Shown in pieces: positions 49,378 to 59,777 of a stretch of 64,000 bases of DNA. Source of the DNA: an uncultured Acidobacteriaceae bacterium (lineage in GTDB: Bacteria; Acidobacteriota; Terriglobia; Terriglobales; Acidobacteriaceae); the NCBI GenBank assembly GCA_964246845.1, contig CAXTSB010000001.1:9366-73365 (forward strand), written 5' to 3'. The position numbers were made by a program, and so were the translations under genes. The notes beneath the pieces are model-generated. The model did not search any database. It was not told where the DNA came from and saw only the letters and a program-made list of their open reading frames with translations. Positions within the stretch are counted from its first letter, which is position 1. Each line of letters begins with the position of its first letter.

Positions 49378-49710
49378 ATGCCGGGTTTGAAGATACAGCG
49401 CAACGATACCGTCCAGGTGATGACCGGGTCCCAAAAGGACCGCGGCCGCCAGGGCCGGGTATTGCGGGTGTTTCCGGGCGAGGAAAAGCTCCTGGTGCAG
49501 GGCATCCGCCTGGTCAAGAAAAATGTAAAGCCGAATCCGCAGCGCAACATCAAGGGCGGCGTGGCGGAGCAAGAGGCCAGGATTCACATCTCCAATGTGA
49601 TGCTGGTGTGCCCGGACTGCGGACCGTCGCGGATCGGCTTCCGTTTCGAGGGTGAAACCAAAGTACGGGTGTGCCGGAAGTGCGACAAGCCGCTTCCGGC
49701 GAAGAGGTAG
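49378..49710 (+). CDS. rplX: 50S ribosomal protein L24 (Cys4-containing C-terminal hairpin)
   Basis: [19 protein letters not shown] (KOW motif) and operon position. Cys residues at 78, 81, 99 and 102. Confidence 0.97.
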   Translation: MPGLKIQRNDTVQVMTGSQKDRGRQGRVLRVFPGEEKLLVQGIRLVKKNVKPNPQRNIKGGVAEQEARIHISNVMLVCPDCGPSRIGFRFEGETKVRVCRKCDKPLPAKR

Positions 49711-49717
49711 AAGCGAC

Positions 49718-50266
49718 ATGGCTGCACGTTTGAAAGAAAAGTACTTGGCCGAGCTGAAGCCAGCGCTCCAAAAAGAGCTGGGCCTGAAGAACACAATGGC
49801 GGTGCCGCGCATCGAGAAGATCGTGCTCAACATGGGTCTGGGCGAGGCGACGCAGAACTCGAAGCTGCTCGACCCGTTGGTGGCCGATCTCGCGCAGATT
49901 GCGGGCCAAAAGCCGGTGACCACGCGCGCGAAAAAGTCCATTGCGGCCTTCAAGGTGCGCGAAGGAATGCCGATCGGTGCGATGGTGACCCTGCGCGGCG
50001 ATACGATGTATGAGTTCCTGGATCGGCTGATCCAGATCGGCCTGCCTCGGGTGCGCGATTTCCGCGGCGTCTCGACCAAGAGCTTTGACGGGCGCGGCAA
50101 CTACACGCTCGGCATGCGCGACCAGCTGATCTTCCCGGAGATCGACTACTCCAAGGTCGAAAAGCTGAAGGGCATGAATATCACGATCGTGACCACGGCG
50201 CCGGACGACAACCAGGCGCGGGCGCTTCTGCGCGCTTTCGGCATCCCGTTCCGCGCGGCGGCATAA
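49718..50266 (+). CDS. rplE: 50S ribosomal protein L5
   Basis: [17 protein letters not shown]... Start at the internal ATG of the track ORF. Confidence 0.98.
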   Translation: MAARLKEKYLAELKPALQKELGLKNTMAVPRIEKIVLNMGLGEATQNSKLLDPLVADLAQIAGQKPVTTRAKKSIAAFKVREGMPIGAMVTLRGDTMYEFLDRLIQIGLPRVRDFRGVSTKSFDGRGNYTLGMRDQLIFPEIDYSKVEKLKGMNITIVTTAPDDNQARALLRAFGIPFRAAA

Positions 50267-50278
50267 AAGGACAATGAG

Positions 50279-50464
50279 ATGAGCACAACAGCAAAGCGCG
50301 TCAAGGACGAGCGGAAGCCGAAGTTCAAGTCGCGGCAGCATAACCGGTGCAAGCTGTGCGGACGCCCCCGGGCGTTTCTGCGCAAGTTCGGCATCTGCCG
50401 CTTGTGCTTCCGGCAGCTCGCGCACCAGGGCGACATTCCGGGCGTCGTCAAATCGAGCTGGTAA
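50279..50464 (+). CDS. rpsN: 30S ribosomal protein S14, type Z (zinc-binding, 61 aa)
   Basis: [22 protein letters not shown]. Confidence 0.98.
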   Translation: MSTTAKRVKDERKPKFKSRQHNRCKLCGRPRAFLRKFGICRLCFRQLAHQGDIPGVVKSSW

Positions 50465-50530
50465 GCCCAACCGTTCCCGCTGGTTCTCTCGGGCATAGGC
50501 CGGGAGCGAACGGGGAATGAGGAGATCTGA

Positions 50531-50929
50531 ATGAATCTGACCGATCCAGTAGCCGACTTTTTAACCCGCATCCGGAACGCCATCCGGGCGCGCCATCAAA
50601 AGCTCGATGTGCCCGCCTCCAAGCTCAAGGCCGAGATCGCCCGCATCCTCAAGGAAGAGGGCTATATCGCGAACTACAAGGCCGCCGAGGAGAACGGGCA
50701 CCAGGTGCTGCGGGTGTACCTCAAGTACGGCGCGAACAATGAAGCAGCGATCCGCGACCTGCACCGGGTGTCGCGGCCCGGTTGCCGCGTGTATCTCGGC
50801 CGCGACGAGATCAAGCGGGTGCAGGGCGGCCTCGGCATCGCGATCCTGACCACGCCGCGCGGGGTGATGACGGGTCGGCAGGCCAGGCGCGAAGGTGTGG
50901 GCGGCGAGCTGCTCTGCGAAGTCTGGTGA
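50531..50929 (+). CDS. rpsH: 30S ribosomal protein S8
   Basis: DPVADFLTRIRNA... Confidence 0.98.
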   Translation: MNLTDPVADFLTRIRNAIRARHQKLDVPASKLKAEIARILKEEGYIANYKAAEENGHQVLRVYLKYGANNEAAIRDLHRVSRPGCRVYLGRDEIKRVQGGLGIAILTTPRGVMTGRQARREGVGGELLCEVW

Positions 50930-51076
50930 GTCCTGGCCGGGCGGGCGGAAGCGGCCTCGCCGCGGTGCCTGTGGCTGATGCAAGCGCGGCGTTGCCGCGT
51001 GGGAAGTAAGGGCTGCAGTGGAACGAATGTCTCCAGAAGGCATTCGGGACTCGCAAGCCGCAGGAAAGGTACATAG

Positions 51077-51616
51077 ATGTCACGTATCGGTAGACAGCCG
51101 ATCCCGCTTCCGGCGGGGGTGAAGTACGCAGTGGAAGGAAATACGCTGCGGGTGGAAGGACCCAAGGGCAAGGTGGAACAGGCCATTCCTTCGGGAATCG
51201 CGCTCGAAACCCGCGACGGCCATATTATCGCCGAGCGGCAGGACGATTCACAGGCAGCCATCCACGGACTGACGCGCGCGCTTGTGTTCAACGCAGTGCA
51301 GGGCGTCACCAAGGGCTGGTCGAAGGACCTGGACATCGTTGGCATCGGCTACCGCGTGGAGCTGAAGGGCAAGAACACGGTTGTGTTCACGCTCGGCTAC
51401 TCGCACCCGATCGAGTTTCCGCTGCCCACCGGCATCACGGTTACGATCGACCCGAAGCAGACCCGCATCACCGTTTCCGGGATCGACCGGCAAAAGGTCG
51501 GTCAGGTGGCGGCCGACATGCGCTCACTGCGCAAGCCCGACCCGTATAAGAACAAGGGCGTCCGCTACGCGGGCGAGAAGCTGAAGAAGAAGGCCGGCAA
51601 GACCGGCTCCAAGTAA
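51077..51616 (+). CDS. rplF: 50S ribosomal protein L6
   Basis: [15 protein letters not shown]... Confidence 0.98.
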   Translation: MSRIGRQPIPLPAGVKYAVEGNTLRVEGPKGKVEQAIPSGIALETRDGHIIAERQDDSQAAIHGLTRALVFNAVQGVTKGWSKDLDIVGIGYRVELKGKNTVVFTLGYSHPIEFPLPTGITVTIDPKQTRITVSGIDRQKVGQVAADMRSLRKPDPYKNKGVRYAGEKLKKKAGKTGSK

Positions 51617-51684
51617 CCGAAAAACGACAACCCCGAACGCGGCCGACCCACAATCTGAACCGGCTGCGCTGTTAGGACACGAGC

Positions 51685-52041
51685 ATGATTCCGCAGGTGA
51701 AGCGCAACAAAATTCGACAAAAGGTGCATGCCCGCATCCGCAAGCATCTTCAAGGCACCGCGGAGCGGCCGCGCCTGAATGTCTACCGCTCCTTGAACCA
51801 CATCTACGCGCAGGTGATCGACGACGTGCAGGGCAAGACCTTGGCCGCTGCTTCGAGCGTCCATGCCAAGCTCCCGACCGGCGGCAACATCCAAGCGGCC
51901 GAGGAAGTGGGCAAACAGGTCGCCGAGCGCGCGCAGGCTGCCGGCATCAAGCAAGTGGTGTTCGACCGCGGCGGCTACCTCTATCACGGCCGCATCAAGG
52001 CGCTCGCGGACGCGGCGCGCGCGGCCGGACTCGACTTTTAA
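51685..52041 (+). CDS. rplR: 50S ribosomal protein L18
   Basis: [18 protein letters not shown]...[17 protein letters not shown]. Confidence 0.98.
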   Translation: MIPQVKRNKIRQKVHARIRKHLQGTAERPRLNVYRSLNHIYAQVIDDVQGKTLAAASSVHAKLPTGGNIQAAEEVGKQVAERAQAAGIKQVVFDRGGYLYHGRIKALADAARAAGLDF

Positions 52042-52065
52042 CGGTTCAGGGAAAAGAGAGCACAC

Positions 52066-52575
52066 ATGGCGCTGCAAGGAAGAAAACTCGACGCGGGGCA
52101 CTACAACCTGAAGGATCAGGTGGTGGCGATCAACCGCGTCACCAAAGTCGTCAAGGGCGGCAAGAACATGAGCTTCGCGGCGCTGGTGGTGATCGGCGAC
52201 CCGGGTTCGGGCGTGGTCGGCTACGGCTCCGGCAAGGCGAAGGAAGTGCCGCAGGCGATCCGTAAGGGCATCGAATCGGCCAAGAAGAATCTGGTGCGGG
52301 TCAACCTGACCGAGACCACGATCCCGCACCAGGTGCTGGGCCGGTTCGGCTCGGGGCAGGTGCTGCTCAAGCCCGCGCCCGAAGGCACGGGGGTGATCGC
52401 GGGCGGCGCGGTGCGCGCGGTGATGACCTCGGCCGGCGTGCAAAACGTGCTTACAAAGAGCTTAGGGACGGCCAACCCGCACAATGTGATCAAGGCGACC
52501 TTTGACGCGCTGGTCCAGCTGCGCGACCGCGCCGAAGTCGCCGCGCTGCGCGGCAAATCGGTGGAGGAGCTGTAG
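52066..52575 (+). CDS. rpsE: 30S ribosomal protein S5
   Basis: [27 protein letters not shown]. Confidence 0.98.
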   Translation: MALQGRKLDAGHYNLKDQVVAINRVTKVVKGGKNMSFAALVVIGDPGSGVVGYGSGKAKEVPQAIRKGIESAKKNLVRVNLTETTIPHQVLGRFGSGQVLLKPAPEGTGVIAGGAVRAVMTSAGVQNVLTKSLGTANPHNVIKATFDALVQLRDRAEVAALRGKSVEEL

Positions 52576-52577
52576 CC

Positions 52578-52769
52578 ATGGCGGAGACCGCACAGAAGCT
52601 GCGTATTCAGTATTACCGGTCGATGATTCAAGCACCGGTCAAGCATAAGACGGTCGTCAAGGGCCTGGGCTTTACCCGGCTCCAGCAGGTCGTCGAGCGG
52701 GAAGACACGCCGTCGATTCGGGGCATGGTGAAGAAGATTCCGCACCTGGTGCGGATACTCGAAGCATAA
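52578..52769 (+). CDS. rpmD: 50S ribosomal protein L30
   Basis: 63 aa with LRIQYYRS...KGLGF, in the expected spc-operon position. Confidence 0.93.
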   Translation: MAETAQKLRIQYYRSMIQAPVKHKTVVKGLGFTRLQQVVEREDTPSIRGMVKKIPHLVRILEA

Positions 52770-52857
52770 GACGAGAACACGTCCCGAAGGGACCGCGCGC
52801 CGCGTAGGCGGTTTTACAAAAGCGAGTCGGGGGAACCCGGCGTTCAGCGAGGGAAGT

Positions 52858-53298
52858 ATGAACTTATCGAATCTCCGCGCGCCCGCGAAGGCGAACCGGA
52901 ATAAAAAGCGTGTGGGCCGGGGCATGGGCTCCGGTACCGGCAAGACCTCGGGGCGCGGCCACAAAGGCCAAGGATCCCGTTCGGGCTCAAGCCTGATGCG
53001 CGGCTTCGAGGGCGGCCAGATGCCGCTCCACCGCCGCCTGCCGAAGCGCGGCTTCACCAACATCTTCCGCACCGAGTACACCGTGCTGAATCTCCAGCGC
53101 ATTGCCGAGATGGGTGAGCAGGAGTTGACGCTCGACCGCCTGCTCGCGCTCGGATTTCTCAAGCGTCGCGGCGAGCTGTTGAAGATCCTCGGCAACGGCG
53201 AGCTCGCGGCCGCCGTGACCATCCACGCGCACAAGTTCTCCAAGGGCGCGCAGGAGAAGATTGAGGCAGCCGGAGGCAAAGCCGTCCTGATCGCCTAA
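52858..53298 (+). CDS. rplO: 50S ribosomal protein L15
   Basis: RVGRGMGSGTGKTSGRGHKGQ. Confidence 0.98.
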   Translation: MNLSNLRAPAKANRNKKRVGRGMGSGTGKTSGRGHKGQGSRSGSSLMRGFEGGQMPLHRRLPKRGFTNIFRTEYTVLNLQRIAEMGEQELTLDRLLALGFLKRRGELLKILGNGELAAAVTIHAHKFSKGAQEKIEAAGGKAVLIA

Positions 53299-53371
53299 GA
53301 AGCGTTCGAGGGCCGAAGCCAACTGAGGTCCTCACGCTGTATGCTGGCAATCACCGGAGTTTGCTCACCCC

Positions 53372-54766
53372 ATGCTTGAAAAGCTTGCCAATATCTTTCG
53401 CGTTCCCGAGCTGCGCGTGCGCGTTCTGTTCACGCTCGGCATGCTGGCTGTGTACCGGCTCGGCGCGCACATCCCGACGCCGGGCATTGACGCGCGCGCG
53501 CTCACGAGCTTCTTTTCGCAGCAGGGCGGCTCCCCGCTCGGGCTGGTGGATCTGTTCAACGGCGGCAACCTGCGCCGCATGACGGTGTTCGCGCTCGGCA
53601 TCATGCCGTACATCACCGCGTCGATCATCTTTCAGCTGTTAACGGTGGTGTATGAGCCGCTCGCGAAGCTGCAAAAAGAGGGCGAGGCAGGGCGGCGCAA
53701 GATCACGCAGTGGACTCGCTATGTCACTGTTCTTTTAGGGATAGTGCAATCGACCGCCATCGCGCTCGCGTTGTCGCACGGCTCGGGCGGGCAGCAGATC
53801 GTGCTCCATCCCGGCTTCGGTTTCGTGTTTACCACGGTCGTGACGTTGACGACCGGCACAGCCTTCATCATGTGGCTGGGTGAGCAGATCACCGACCGCG
53901 GCATCGGCAACGGTATGAGCCTGCTGATCTTCGCGGGCATCGTGGTCGGCTTGCCGCGCGGCATTGCCGAGATCATCCAAACCGCGCGCGGGGAGAAATT
54001 CGGCGCGCTCACCATCCCGGCGCTGATCCTGCTGATCGCGGCCATGGCGCTGCTGGTGGCTTTCATCGTCTATGTGGAGCGCTCGGAGCGGCGCGTGCCG
54101 GTGCAGTATGCCAAGCGCATCGTGGGCCGGCGCATGATGGGCGGCCAATCCACTCACCTGCCGCTCAAGGTCAACTCCGGCGGCGTGATGCCGGTCATCT
54201 TCGCATCCTCGGTTCTGGCCGCGCCGCTCTTGTTCTCGCAGGCGCAGTTTGTGAAGAACTCAGCCTTCCTATCCCGCATCTTTGAAGGGCTGCGCGCGGG
54301 CGAGCCTTGGTATGAGCTGCTCTATATTGTCGCGATCATCTTCTTCGCGTACTTTTACATCTCGATCGTGTTCCGTCCGGACGATATCGCCGACAATATG
54401 CGCAAGTACGGCGGCTTTATTCCAGGCATCCGACCGGGTAAGCGCACGTCCGATTACATCAACGACATCCTGACCCGGCTCACGCTGGCGGGTGCGCTGT
54501 ACCTGATCCTGATTTCGCTGGTACCGCAGATCCTGATCTCCGGCATCCACCTGAATCACCTGCCGCTGCTGGGGGGCGTGTTCGAGCACCTGCCGCTGTG
54601 GATGACGAACGGCCTGGGCTTCAACTTTTACTTCGGCGGCACGTCGCTGCTGATCGTCGTCGGCGTTGCCATGGATACGGTGAACCAGGTCGAGTCGCAA
54701 CTGATTATGCGGCACTACGACGGCTTTTCCGCGAAGAACCGTGTGCGGGGAAGGCGGTCCTGGTAG
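53372..54766 (+). CDS. secY: Preprotein translocase subunit SecY
   Basis: ELRVRVLFTLGMLAVYRLGAHIPTPG and a 10-TM layout. Confidence 0.98.
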   Translation: MLEKLANIFRVPELRVRVLFTLGMLAVYRLGAHIPTPGIDARALTSFFSQQGGSPLGLVDLFNGGNLRRMTVFALGIMPYITASIIFQLLTVVYEPLAKLQKEGEAGRRKITQWTRYVTVLLGIVQSTAIALALSHGSGGQQIVLHPGFGFVFTTVVTLTTGTAFIMWLGEQITDRGIGNGMSLLIFAGIVVGLPRGIAEIIQTARGEKFGALTIPALILLIAAMALLVAFIVYVERSERRVPVQYAKRIVGRRMMGGQSTHLPLKVNSGGVMPVIFASSVLAAPLLFSQAQFVKNSAFLSRIFEGLRAGEPWYELLYIVAIIFFAYFYISIVFRPDDIADNMRKYGGFIPGIRPGKRTSDYINDILTRLTLAGALYLILISLVPQILISGIHLNHLPLLGGVFEHLPLWMTNGLGFNFYFGGTSLLIVVGVAMDTVNQVESQLIMRHYDGFSAKNRVRGRRSW

Positions 54767-55487
54767 CTTGCCTATCCCCGATACGCAGTTTCACCCGGGA
54801 CCGATCCTGTTCATGGGCGCGCCCGGCGTCGGCAAAGGAACGCAGGCCAAGGCGTTGATGCGCTGCTGGTCCGTCCCGCAGATTTCAACCGGCGACCTCC
54901 TGCGCGCGCATGTGGCCGCCGGCTCCGAGTTAGGTACGACGGCCAAGGCCATCATGGACTCCGGACGGCTTGTTCCGGATGAGGTCGTGAACCGTATGGT
55001 GGAGCAGCGCCTGACCGAGCCTGATACCCGTCGGGGTTACCTGCTGGACGGGTTTCCGCGGACTCTGGCGCAAGCCGAGTGGCTGGACGCCGAGCTTGCC
55101 CGGCACGGCGGGGCGGGCAGGGGTTCCGAGGACGACGCGCCGGTGATCGCGGTGTCCATCCGGGTGGAGCCGTCGCTATTGGTGCGGCGCGTCACCGGCC
55201 GGCGGGTTTGCCCGGTCTGCGGCTGCATCTACAACGTGCATTTCCAGCCGCCGAAAATCGCGGGCATCTGCGACCGCGAAGGCGCGGCGCTGATGTGCCG
55301 CGACGACGACGCTGCGGCGGTGTTTGAGGGCCGTTTACAGGCCTACGAGGCGCAAACCGCGCCGGTGGTGGCGCATTACCGCAAGCAGGGCCGGTTGCTG
55401 GAGGTGGACGGGGAGCGCGCGCCGGAAGAGGTGACGCAGGCGCTGGTCGGCGCTGTCGAGGAGCAAAGGACGCGGCAGTGGCGGTAA
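54741..55487 (+). CDS. adk: Adenylate kinase (zinc-lid type)
   Basis: P-loop GAPGVGKGTQA and lid CPVCG...ICD. Start is either GTG 54741 (26-nt overlap with secY) or TTG 54768. Confidence 0.93.
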   Translation: MCGEGGPGSLPIPDTQFHPGPILFMGAPGVGKGTQAKALMRCWSVPQISTGDLLRAHVAAGSELGTTAKAIMDSGRLVPDEVVNRMVEQRLTEPDTRRGYLLDGFPRTLAQAEWLDAELARHGGAGRGSEDDAPVIAVSIRVEPSLLVRRVTGRRVCPVCGCIYNVHFQPPKIAGICDREGAALMCRDDDAAAVFEGRLQAYEAQTAPVVAHYRKQGRLLEVDGERAPEEVTQALVGAVEEQRTRQWR

Positions 55488-56245
55488 ACCTGAAGTCCCG
55501 CAATGAGATTGAACGCATGCGCCGCGCGGGTGAGGTGGTTCGCGAGCTGCTCGAAGCCGTGCGCCCGCTGGTGAAGCCCGGCGCGACGACGATGGATCTG
55601 GAAGCGGCCGCCGACGCGAAGGTGCGGCAGCTCAGGGTCATGCCCGCGTTTAAGGGTTACCGGGGCTCGGCCAACGTGCCATACCCGTGCGTGCTCTGCA
55701 CCAGCATTAACGACGAGGTGGTGCACGGCATCCCGTCCAAGCGCCGGGTGCTGCGCGAGGGCGATATTGTATCCATCGATACGGGCGTGATCGTGGACGG
55801 GTTTTACGGTGATACAGCGACCACGATCGCGGTCGGAACCAAGCTTGATGAACGGACGGCAAAACTGCTCGCGACCACAGAGGACTCGCTCAAGATCGGA
55901 ATCGAAGCGGTGAAGAAGGGCGGCACGCTGGGTGACGTCGGTGCCGCGGTGCAGCAAAGGGTGGAGCGGGACGGCTTCTCGATCGTACGTGAGTTTGTCG
56001 GGCACGGCATCGGAACGAGCCTCCACGAAGACCCGCAGGTGCCGAACTACGGACGGCGCGGCCGCGGCATGAAGGTGCGTGAGGGCATGGTGTTCTGCAT
56101 TGAGCCGATGGTGAACGCGGGCAAGCCCAAGGTGCAGGTGCTCAACGACGGGTGGACGGCGGTGACGGTGGACGGAAGCCGCAGCGCGCACTTCGAGCAC
56201 ACGATCGCGGTGACCGCGAATGGGATCGAGATTCTGACACGCTGA
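55478..56245 (+). CDS. map: Type I methionine aminopeptidase
   Basis: VHGIPS, DIVSIDTG, GHGIG and FCIEPM. Confidence 0.97.
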   Translation: MAVNLKSRNEIERMRRAGEVVRELLEAVRPLVKPGATTMDLEAAADAKVRQLRVMPAFKGYRGSANVPYPCVLCTSINDEVVHGIPSKRRVLREGDIVSIDTGVIVDGFYGDTATTIAVGTKLDERTAKLLATTEDSLKIGIEAVKKGGTLGDVGAAVQQRVERDGFSIVREFVGHGIGTSLHEDPQVPNYGRRGRGMKVREGMVFCIEPMVNAGKPKVQVLNDGWTAVTVDGSRSAHFEHTIAVTANGIEILTR

Positions 56246-56325
56246 CCCGGTTTCGGGAGAGCAGGCGTGGCACACTAAGAGATGGAGAGCGGGGCTGATG
56301 CAGGCCCAAGCGGATCGGGAGACGG

Positions 56326-56544
56326 GTGTCGAAGGAAGATGCGATTGAGGTCATGGCGACGGTGCTGGAAACACTGCCCAATGCCATGTTCAAGGTGGAG
56401 CTGGAAAACAAGCACCAAGTGCTGGCGCACGTATCGGGCAGGATGCGGAAGAACTTCATCCGCATCCTGCCCGGCGACCGCGTCGCCGTGGAGCTGAGCC
56501 CGTACGACCTGACCCGCGGGCGGATCGTGTACCGGTACAAGTAA
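56326..56544 (+). CDS. infA: Translation initiation factor IF-1
   Basis: [52 protein letters not shown] start. Confidence 0.98.
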   Translation: MSKEDAIEVMATVLETLPNAMFKVELENKHQVLAHVSGRMRKNFIRILPGDRVAVELSPYDLTRGRIVYRYK

Positions 56545-56545
56545 C

Positions 56546-56615
56546 AGGGTAGAGGGTAGAGGGTAGAAACAACGACAAGCGGCTTTGCCTGCTCTACCCC
56601 TCACCCTCTTCCCTC
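56546..56615. repeat. (GGGTAGA)n heptamer repeat hairpin in the infA-rpmJ spacer
   Basis: AGGGTAGAGGGTAGAGGGTAGA (56546-56567) faces the imperfect complement CTCTACCCCTCACCCTCTTCCCT (56592-56615). Confidence 0.7.
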
Positions 56616-56629
56616 CGAAAGGAGATATA

Positions 56630-56743
56630 ATGAAGGTTCGTGCTTCGGTAAAGAAGATTTGCGACAAGTGCAAGGTCATTCACCGCAGGGGCGTGGTTCG
56701 CGTCATCTGCGAGGTTTCCAAGCACAAGCAGCGCCAGGGCTGA
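56630..56743 (+). CDS. rpmJ: 50S ribosomal protein L36 (not in ORF track, 37 aa)
   Basis: Translated by hand: [44 protein letters not shown] at 56621-56624. Confidence 0.95.
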   Translation: MKVRASVKKICDKCKVIHRRGVVRVICEVSKHKQRQG

Positions 56744-56878
56744 GCGCCGGGCGTTCCAAATATGGTTCTCAGGCGAGTTCGCTCCGGCACCAATGAGCGT
56801 GCGATGAACCTGAGCGATCCATCCACAATCAGCGGCTTCGGGCGGAGCAGACACCGCGCCGGGCATTAGGAAAGCACC

Positions 56879-57259
56879 ATGGCACGTATCGCCGGCGTCG
56901 ACCTGCCGAACAACAAGCAGACCCGCATCGCGCTGACCTACATCTACGGCATCGGGAACTCGCGCGCGCTGCGCGTATTGACCAAAGCCGACATCGACCC
57001 ATACCGCAAGCTCGCCACCTTGAGTGAAGACGAGATCAACCGCATCCGTCAAGCCATTGAGCAGGAAGGCGGCGTGGAAGGCGATGCGCGCAAGGAAGTC
57101 GCAATCAACATCAAGCGGCTGATCGATATCCAGAGCTACCGCGGACTGCGCCACCGGCGCAACCTGCCGGTGCGCGGCCAGCGCTCGCACACCAACGCGC
57201 GCACCCGGAAAGGCCCGCGCAAGGGCACCGTGGCCGGAAAGAAGAAGGCGACTAAGTAA
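56879..57259 (+). CDS. rpsM: 30S ribosomal protein S13
   Basis: [14 protein letters not shown]... Confidence 0.99.
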   Translation: MARIAGVDLPNNKQTRIALTYIYGIGNSRALRVLTKADIDPYRKLATLSEDEINRIRQAIEQEGGVEGDARKEVAINIKRLIDIQSYRGLRHRRNLPVRGQRSHTNARTRKGPRKGTVAGKKKATK

Positions 57260-57687
57260 TGGCGAAGGCGCAAAAGAAAGCATCCGGCTCGGCTGCGAAG
57301 GCGGGCAAGGGCAAGAAATTCAAGAAGCGCGAACGAAAGAATGTCCCGTTCGGGCTCGTACACATCCAGGCCACGTTCAACAACACGATCGTGACCATCA
57401 CCGACGGGCAGGGCAATACGCTCTCCTGGAAGAGCTCCGGCTCGCTCGGCTTCCGCGGTTCGCGCAAGGGCACGCCCTTCGCGGCGCAGCAGGCAGCGCA
57501 GAACGCGGCCAACCAAGCGCGCGATCACGGGCTGCGCTCGGTCGATGTGCGTGTGTCCGGGCCGGGTTCGGGCCGTGAGTCGGCGGTGCGCGCGCTTGCC
57601 GCCGCGGGCATTGATGTGCGGTCGATTCGGGACGTCACGCCGATTCCGCACAACGGCTGCCGGCCTCCGAAGCGGCGTCGTGTCTAA
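57259..57687 (+). CDS. rpsK: 30S ribosomal protein S11
   Basis: [16 protein letters not shown]... Confidence 0.98.
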   Translation: MAKAQKKASGSAAKAGKGKKFKKRERKNVPFGLVHIQATFNNTIVTITDGQGNTLSWKSSGSLGFRGSRKGTPFAAQQAAQNAANQARDHGLRSVDVRVSGPGSGRESAVRALAAAGIDVRSIRDVTPIPHNGCRPPKRRRV

Positions 57688-57692
57688 GAGCG

Positions 57693-57735
57693 AGGGACAA
57701 GGAACAGGGACCAGGGGGAGCCTGATCCCTGTTCC
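57693..57735. repeat. Hairpin repeat in the rpsK-rpsD spacer sharing a 16-mer with the rpsL-rpsG spacer
   Basis: AGGGACAAGGAACAGG occurs at 57693-57708 and identically at 38984-38999. Arms GGAACAGGGACCAG (57701-57714) and CTGATCCCTGTTCC (57722-57735) form a hairpin with one mismatch. Confidence 0.65.
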
Positions 57736-57814
57736 CTGATCCCTGCCTCACCACCCCCGGACCGGGATGAAGCTCACGCGTAAACCGGTCGACACTTGAA
57801 CCACGAGGAGAACC

Positions 57815-58444
57815 ATGGCACGCTACACCGGCGCTGTTTGCCGCCTTTGCCGCCGCGAAGGCATGAAGCTGTTTTTGAAGGGCACCCGCTGCTTCGGCGA
57901 GAAGTGCGCAATTGAAAAGCGCAATTTTGCTCCCGGCCAGCACGGGCGCGACCGCAAAGCCAAGATTGTCGGCTACGGCCTGCAGCTGCGCGAAAAGCAG
58001 AAAGCCAAGCGCATCTACTTCGCGCAAGAGTCGCAGTTCCGCGCGTACTACGAGAAGGCCAACACCGCGACCGGCGTCACCGGCGAGCTCCTTCTACAGC
58101 AGCTGGAGCGCCGTTTGGACAATGTCGCGTACCGGCTGGGCTACGCCACCTCGCGCCGACAAGCCCGGCAGATCGTACGTCATGGCCATGTTGAGGTGAA
58201 TGGCCGCAAGGTCAACATCCCATCGTTCCAGGTATCGGTCGGCGATACGATCAAGGTCCGCCCCGCGGCGTCCAAGTTCGGTGTGATCGAAACGGCGCGG
58301 GAGTTTGCCTCGCACCAGCCCACGCCGAACTGGCTGCAGATTGACGCGGCCGAGCTTGCGGGCAAGATCGTCGCGCTTCCCACCCGCCAGGATATTCAGC
58401 TGCCGGTCAACGAACAGCTGATCGTCGAGTTGTACTCGAAGTAA
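57815..58444 (+). CDS. rpsD: 30S ribosomal protein S4 (Cys4 N-terminal form)
   Basis: [31 protein letters not shown]. Confidence 0.98.
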   Translation: MARYTGAVCRLCRREGMKLFLKGTRCFGEKCAIEKRNFAPGQHGRDRKAKIVGYGLQLREKQKAKRIYFAQESQFRAYYEKANTATGVTGELLLQQLERRLDNVAYRLGYATSRRQARQIVRHGHVEVNGRKVNIPSFQVSVGDTIKVRPAASKFGVIETAREFASHQPTPNWLQIDAAELAGKIVALPTRQDIQLPVNEQLIVELYSK

Positions 58445-58511
58445 TCAAGTGTTGTAGGAGCGCGGACCGCCGCAGAATGCTTCGCGGCGGCGCGCACAAG
58501 GAGAAGCACCT

Positions 58512-59612
58512 ATGTTGTGGAGAGGATTTCAGCGCCCCAAGCGCCTCCAAGTCGATACCGAAACCCTGACCGACCGCTACGGCAAGTTCAGCGCGCAGCC
58601 GTTTGAACGCGGCTTCGGCACCACGATCGGCAACTCGCTGCGCCGTACGCTCTTGAGCTCGATTGAAGGCGCGGCCGTCACCGCCGTCAAGATCGAGGGT
58701 GTGCTGCACGAGTTTCAGTCCATCACCGGCGTGGTGGAGGATGCGACCGACATCATCCTGAACCTCAAACAGATCCCGTTCAAGCTGAACGGCGACGGCC
58801 CGAAAGCGTTGTATCTTCGGGTCGACGAGCCCGGCGTAGTCACGTCCGGCATGGTCGAAGCGGATGGCGATGTCGAAATCTTGGACAAGGACGTGTACAT
58901 CGCGACGGTGAGCGAGGGCGGACGGCTCGACATGGAAATGCGCTTGAAGCGTGGACGCGGCTACATCTCGGCCGACCGCAACTTCGACGGCGACCTGGGC
59001 CTCGGCTTTATGCCGATCGACTCCGTTCACTCGCCGGTGCGCAAGGTGAACTACGCGGTGGAAGCGGCGCGTTTGGGCCAGATCACCGATTACGACAAAC
59101 TGACGCTCGAAGTGTGGACCAACGGGTCTGTCGTGCCGGCCGACGCGGTCGGGCTCGCGGCGAAGCTGCTCAAGGACCACATGAGCATCTTCATCAACTT
59201 CGAGGAAGAAATCGAGCTTGACGGGCGTTTGGATGACCGCGGCGGGCTGCTCCGCAACGACAACCTGAACCGTTCGGTAGAGGAGCTGGAACTGAGCGTC
59301 CGGTCCTACAACTGCCTGAAAAACGCGAACATTCAGACGATCGGCGAGCTGGTGCAGAAGACCGAAGCCGAGATGCTGAAGACCAAGAACTTCGGCCGCA
59401 AGAGCCTGAACGAGATCAAGGAAATCCTCGCGCAGATGGGGCTCTCGCTCGGCATGAAGATTGACGACCAAGGCAATGCCGTTCCAGGCCCGACCTCGGT
59501 TCTGCCCTCGCAGCAGCTTGCGTCCAGCCAGTACACCCGGTTCGAGGACGATGAGGATGACATCATCGACGATGAATCGGACCTGCAGTACCAGGAGCCG
59601 GAGAACTTTTAA
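58512..59612 (+). CDS. rpoA: DNA-directed RNA polymerase subunit alpha
   Basis: [20 protein letters not shown] and C-terminal domain [17 protein letters not shown]. Confidence 0.98.
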   Translation: MLWRGFQRPKRLQVDTETLTDRYGKFSAQPFERGFGTTIGNSLRRTLLSSIEGAAVTAVKIEGVLHEFQSITGVVEDATDIILNLKQIPFKLNGDGPKALYLRVDEPGVVTSGMVEADGDVEILDKDVYIATVSEGGRLDMEMRLKRGRGYISADRNFDGDLGLGFMPIDSVHSPVRKVNYAVEAARLGQITDYDKLTLEVWTNGSVVPADAVGLAAKLLKDHMSIFINFEEEIELDGRLDDRGGLLRNDNLNRSVEELELSVRSYNCLKNANIQTIGELVQKTEAEMLKTKNFGRKSLNEIKEILAQMGLSLGMKIDDQGNAVPGPTSVLPSQQLASSQYTRFEDDEDDIIDDESDLQYQEPENF

Positions 59613-59625
59613 AGGCAGGGTAAGG

Positions 59626-59770
59626 GGGGAAGGATAGAGGGTAGAGAAGACCCGCTCCCCATCCCTCCGACTCGCGCTGAAACTTGCTCTAGGGTTCAAG
59701 GGCCGAGGGAGGTTTCACTCTCCCCTCCACCCTCTACCCTCTACCCTCTACCCTTTTTTTGAAGAGAGAC
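59626..59770 (+). repeat. Long imperfect inverted heptamer-repeat structure ending in T7, between rpoA and rplQ
   Basis: Purine-rich arm CAGGGTAAGGGGGGAAGGATAGAGGGTAGAGAAG (59626-59659). Pyrimidine-rich arm CTCTCCCCTCCACCCTCTACCCTCTACCCTCTACCC (59728-59763). Followed by TTTTTTT (59764-59770). Confidence 0.65.
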
Positions 59771-59777
59771 CCGAACC

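Noticed and set aside
56546-56615. Possible CRISPR-like repeat array
   Set aside because: The repeat unit is 7 nt in tandem with an opposed complementary arm. There are no spacers of 25-40 nt and no cas genes in the window.
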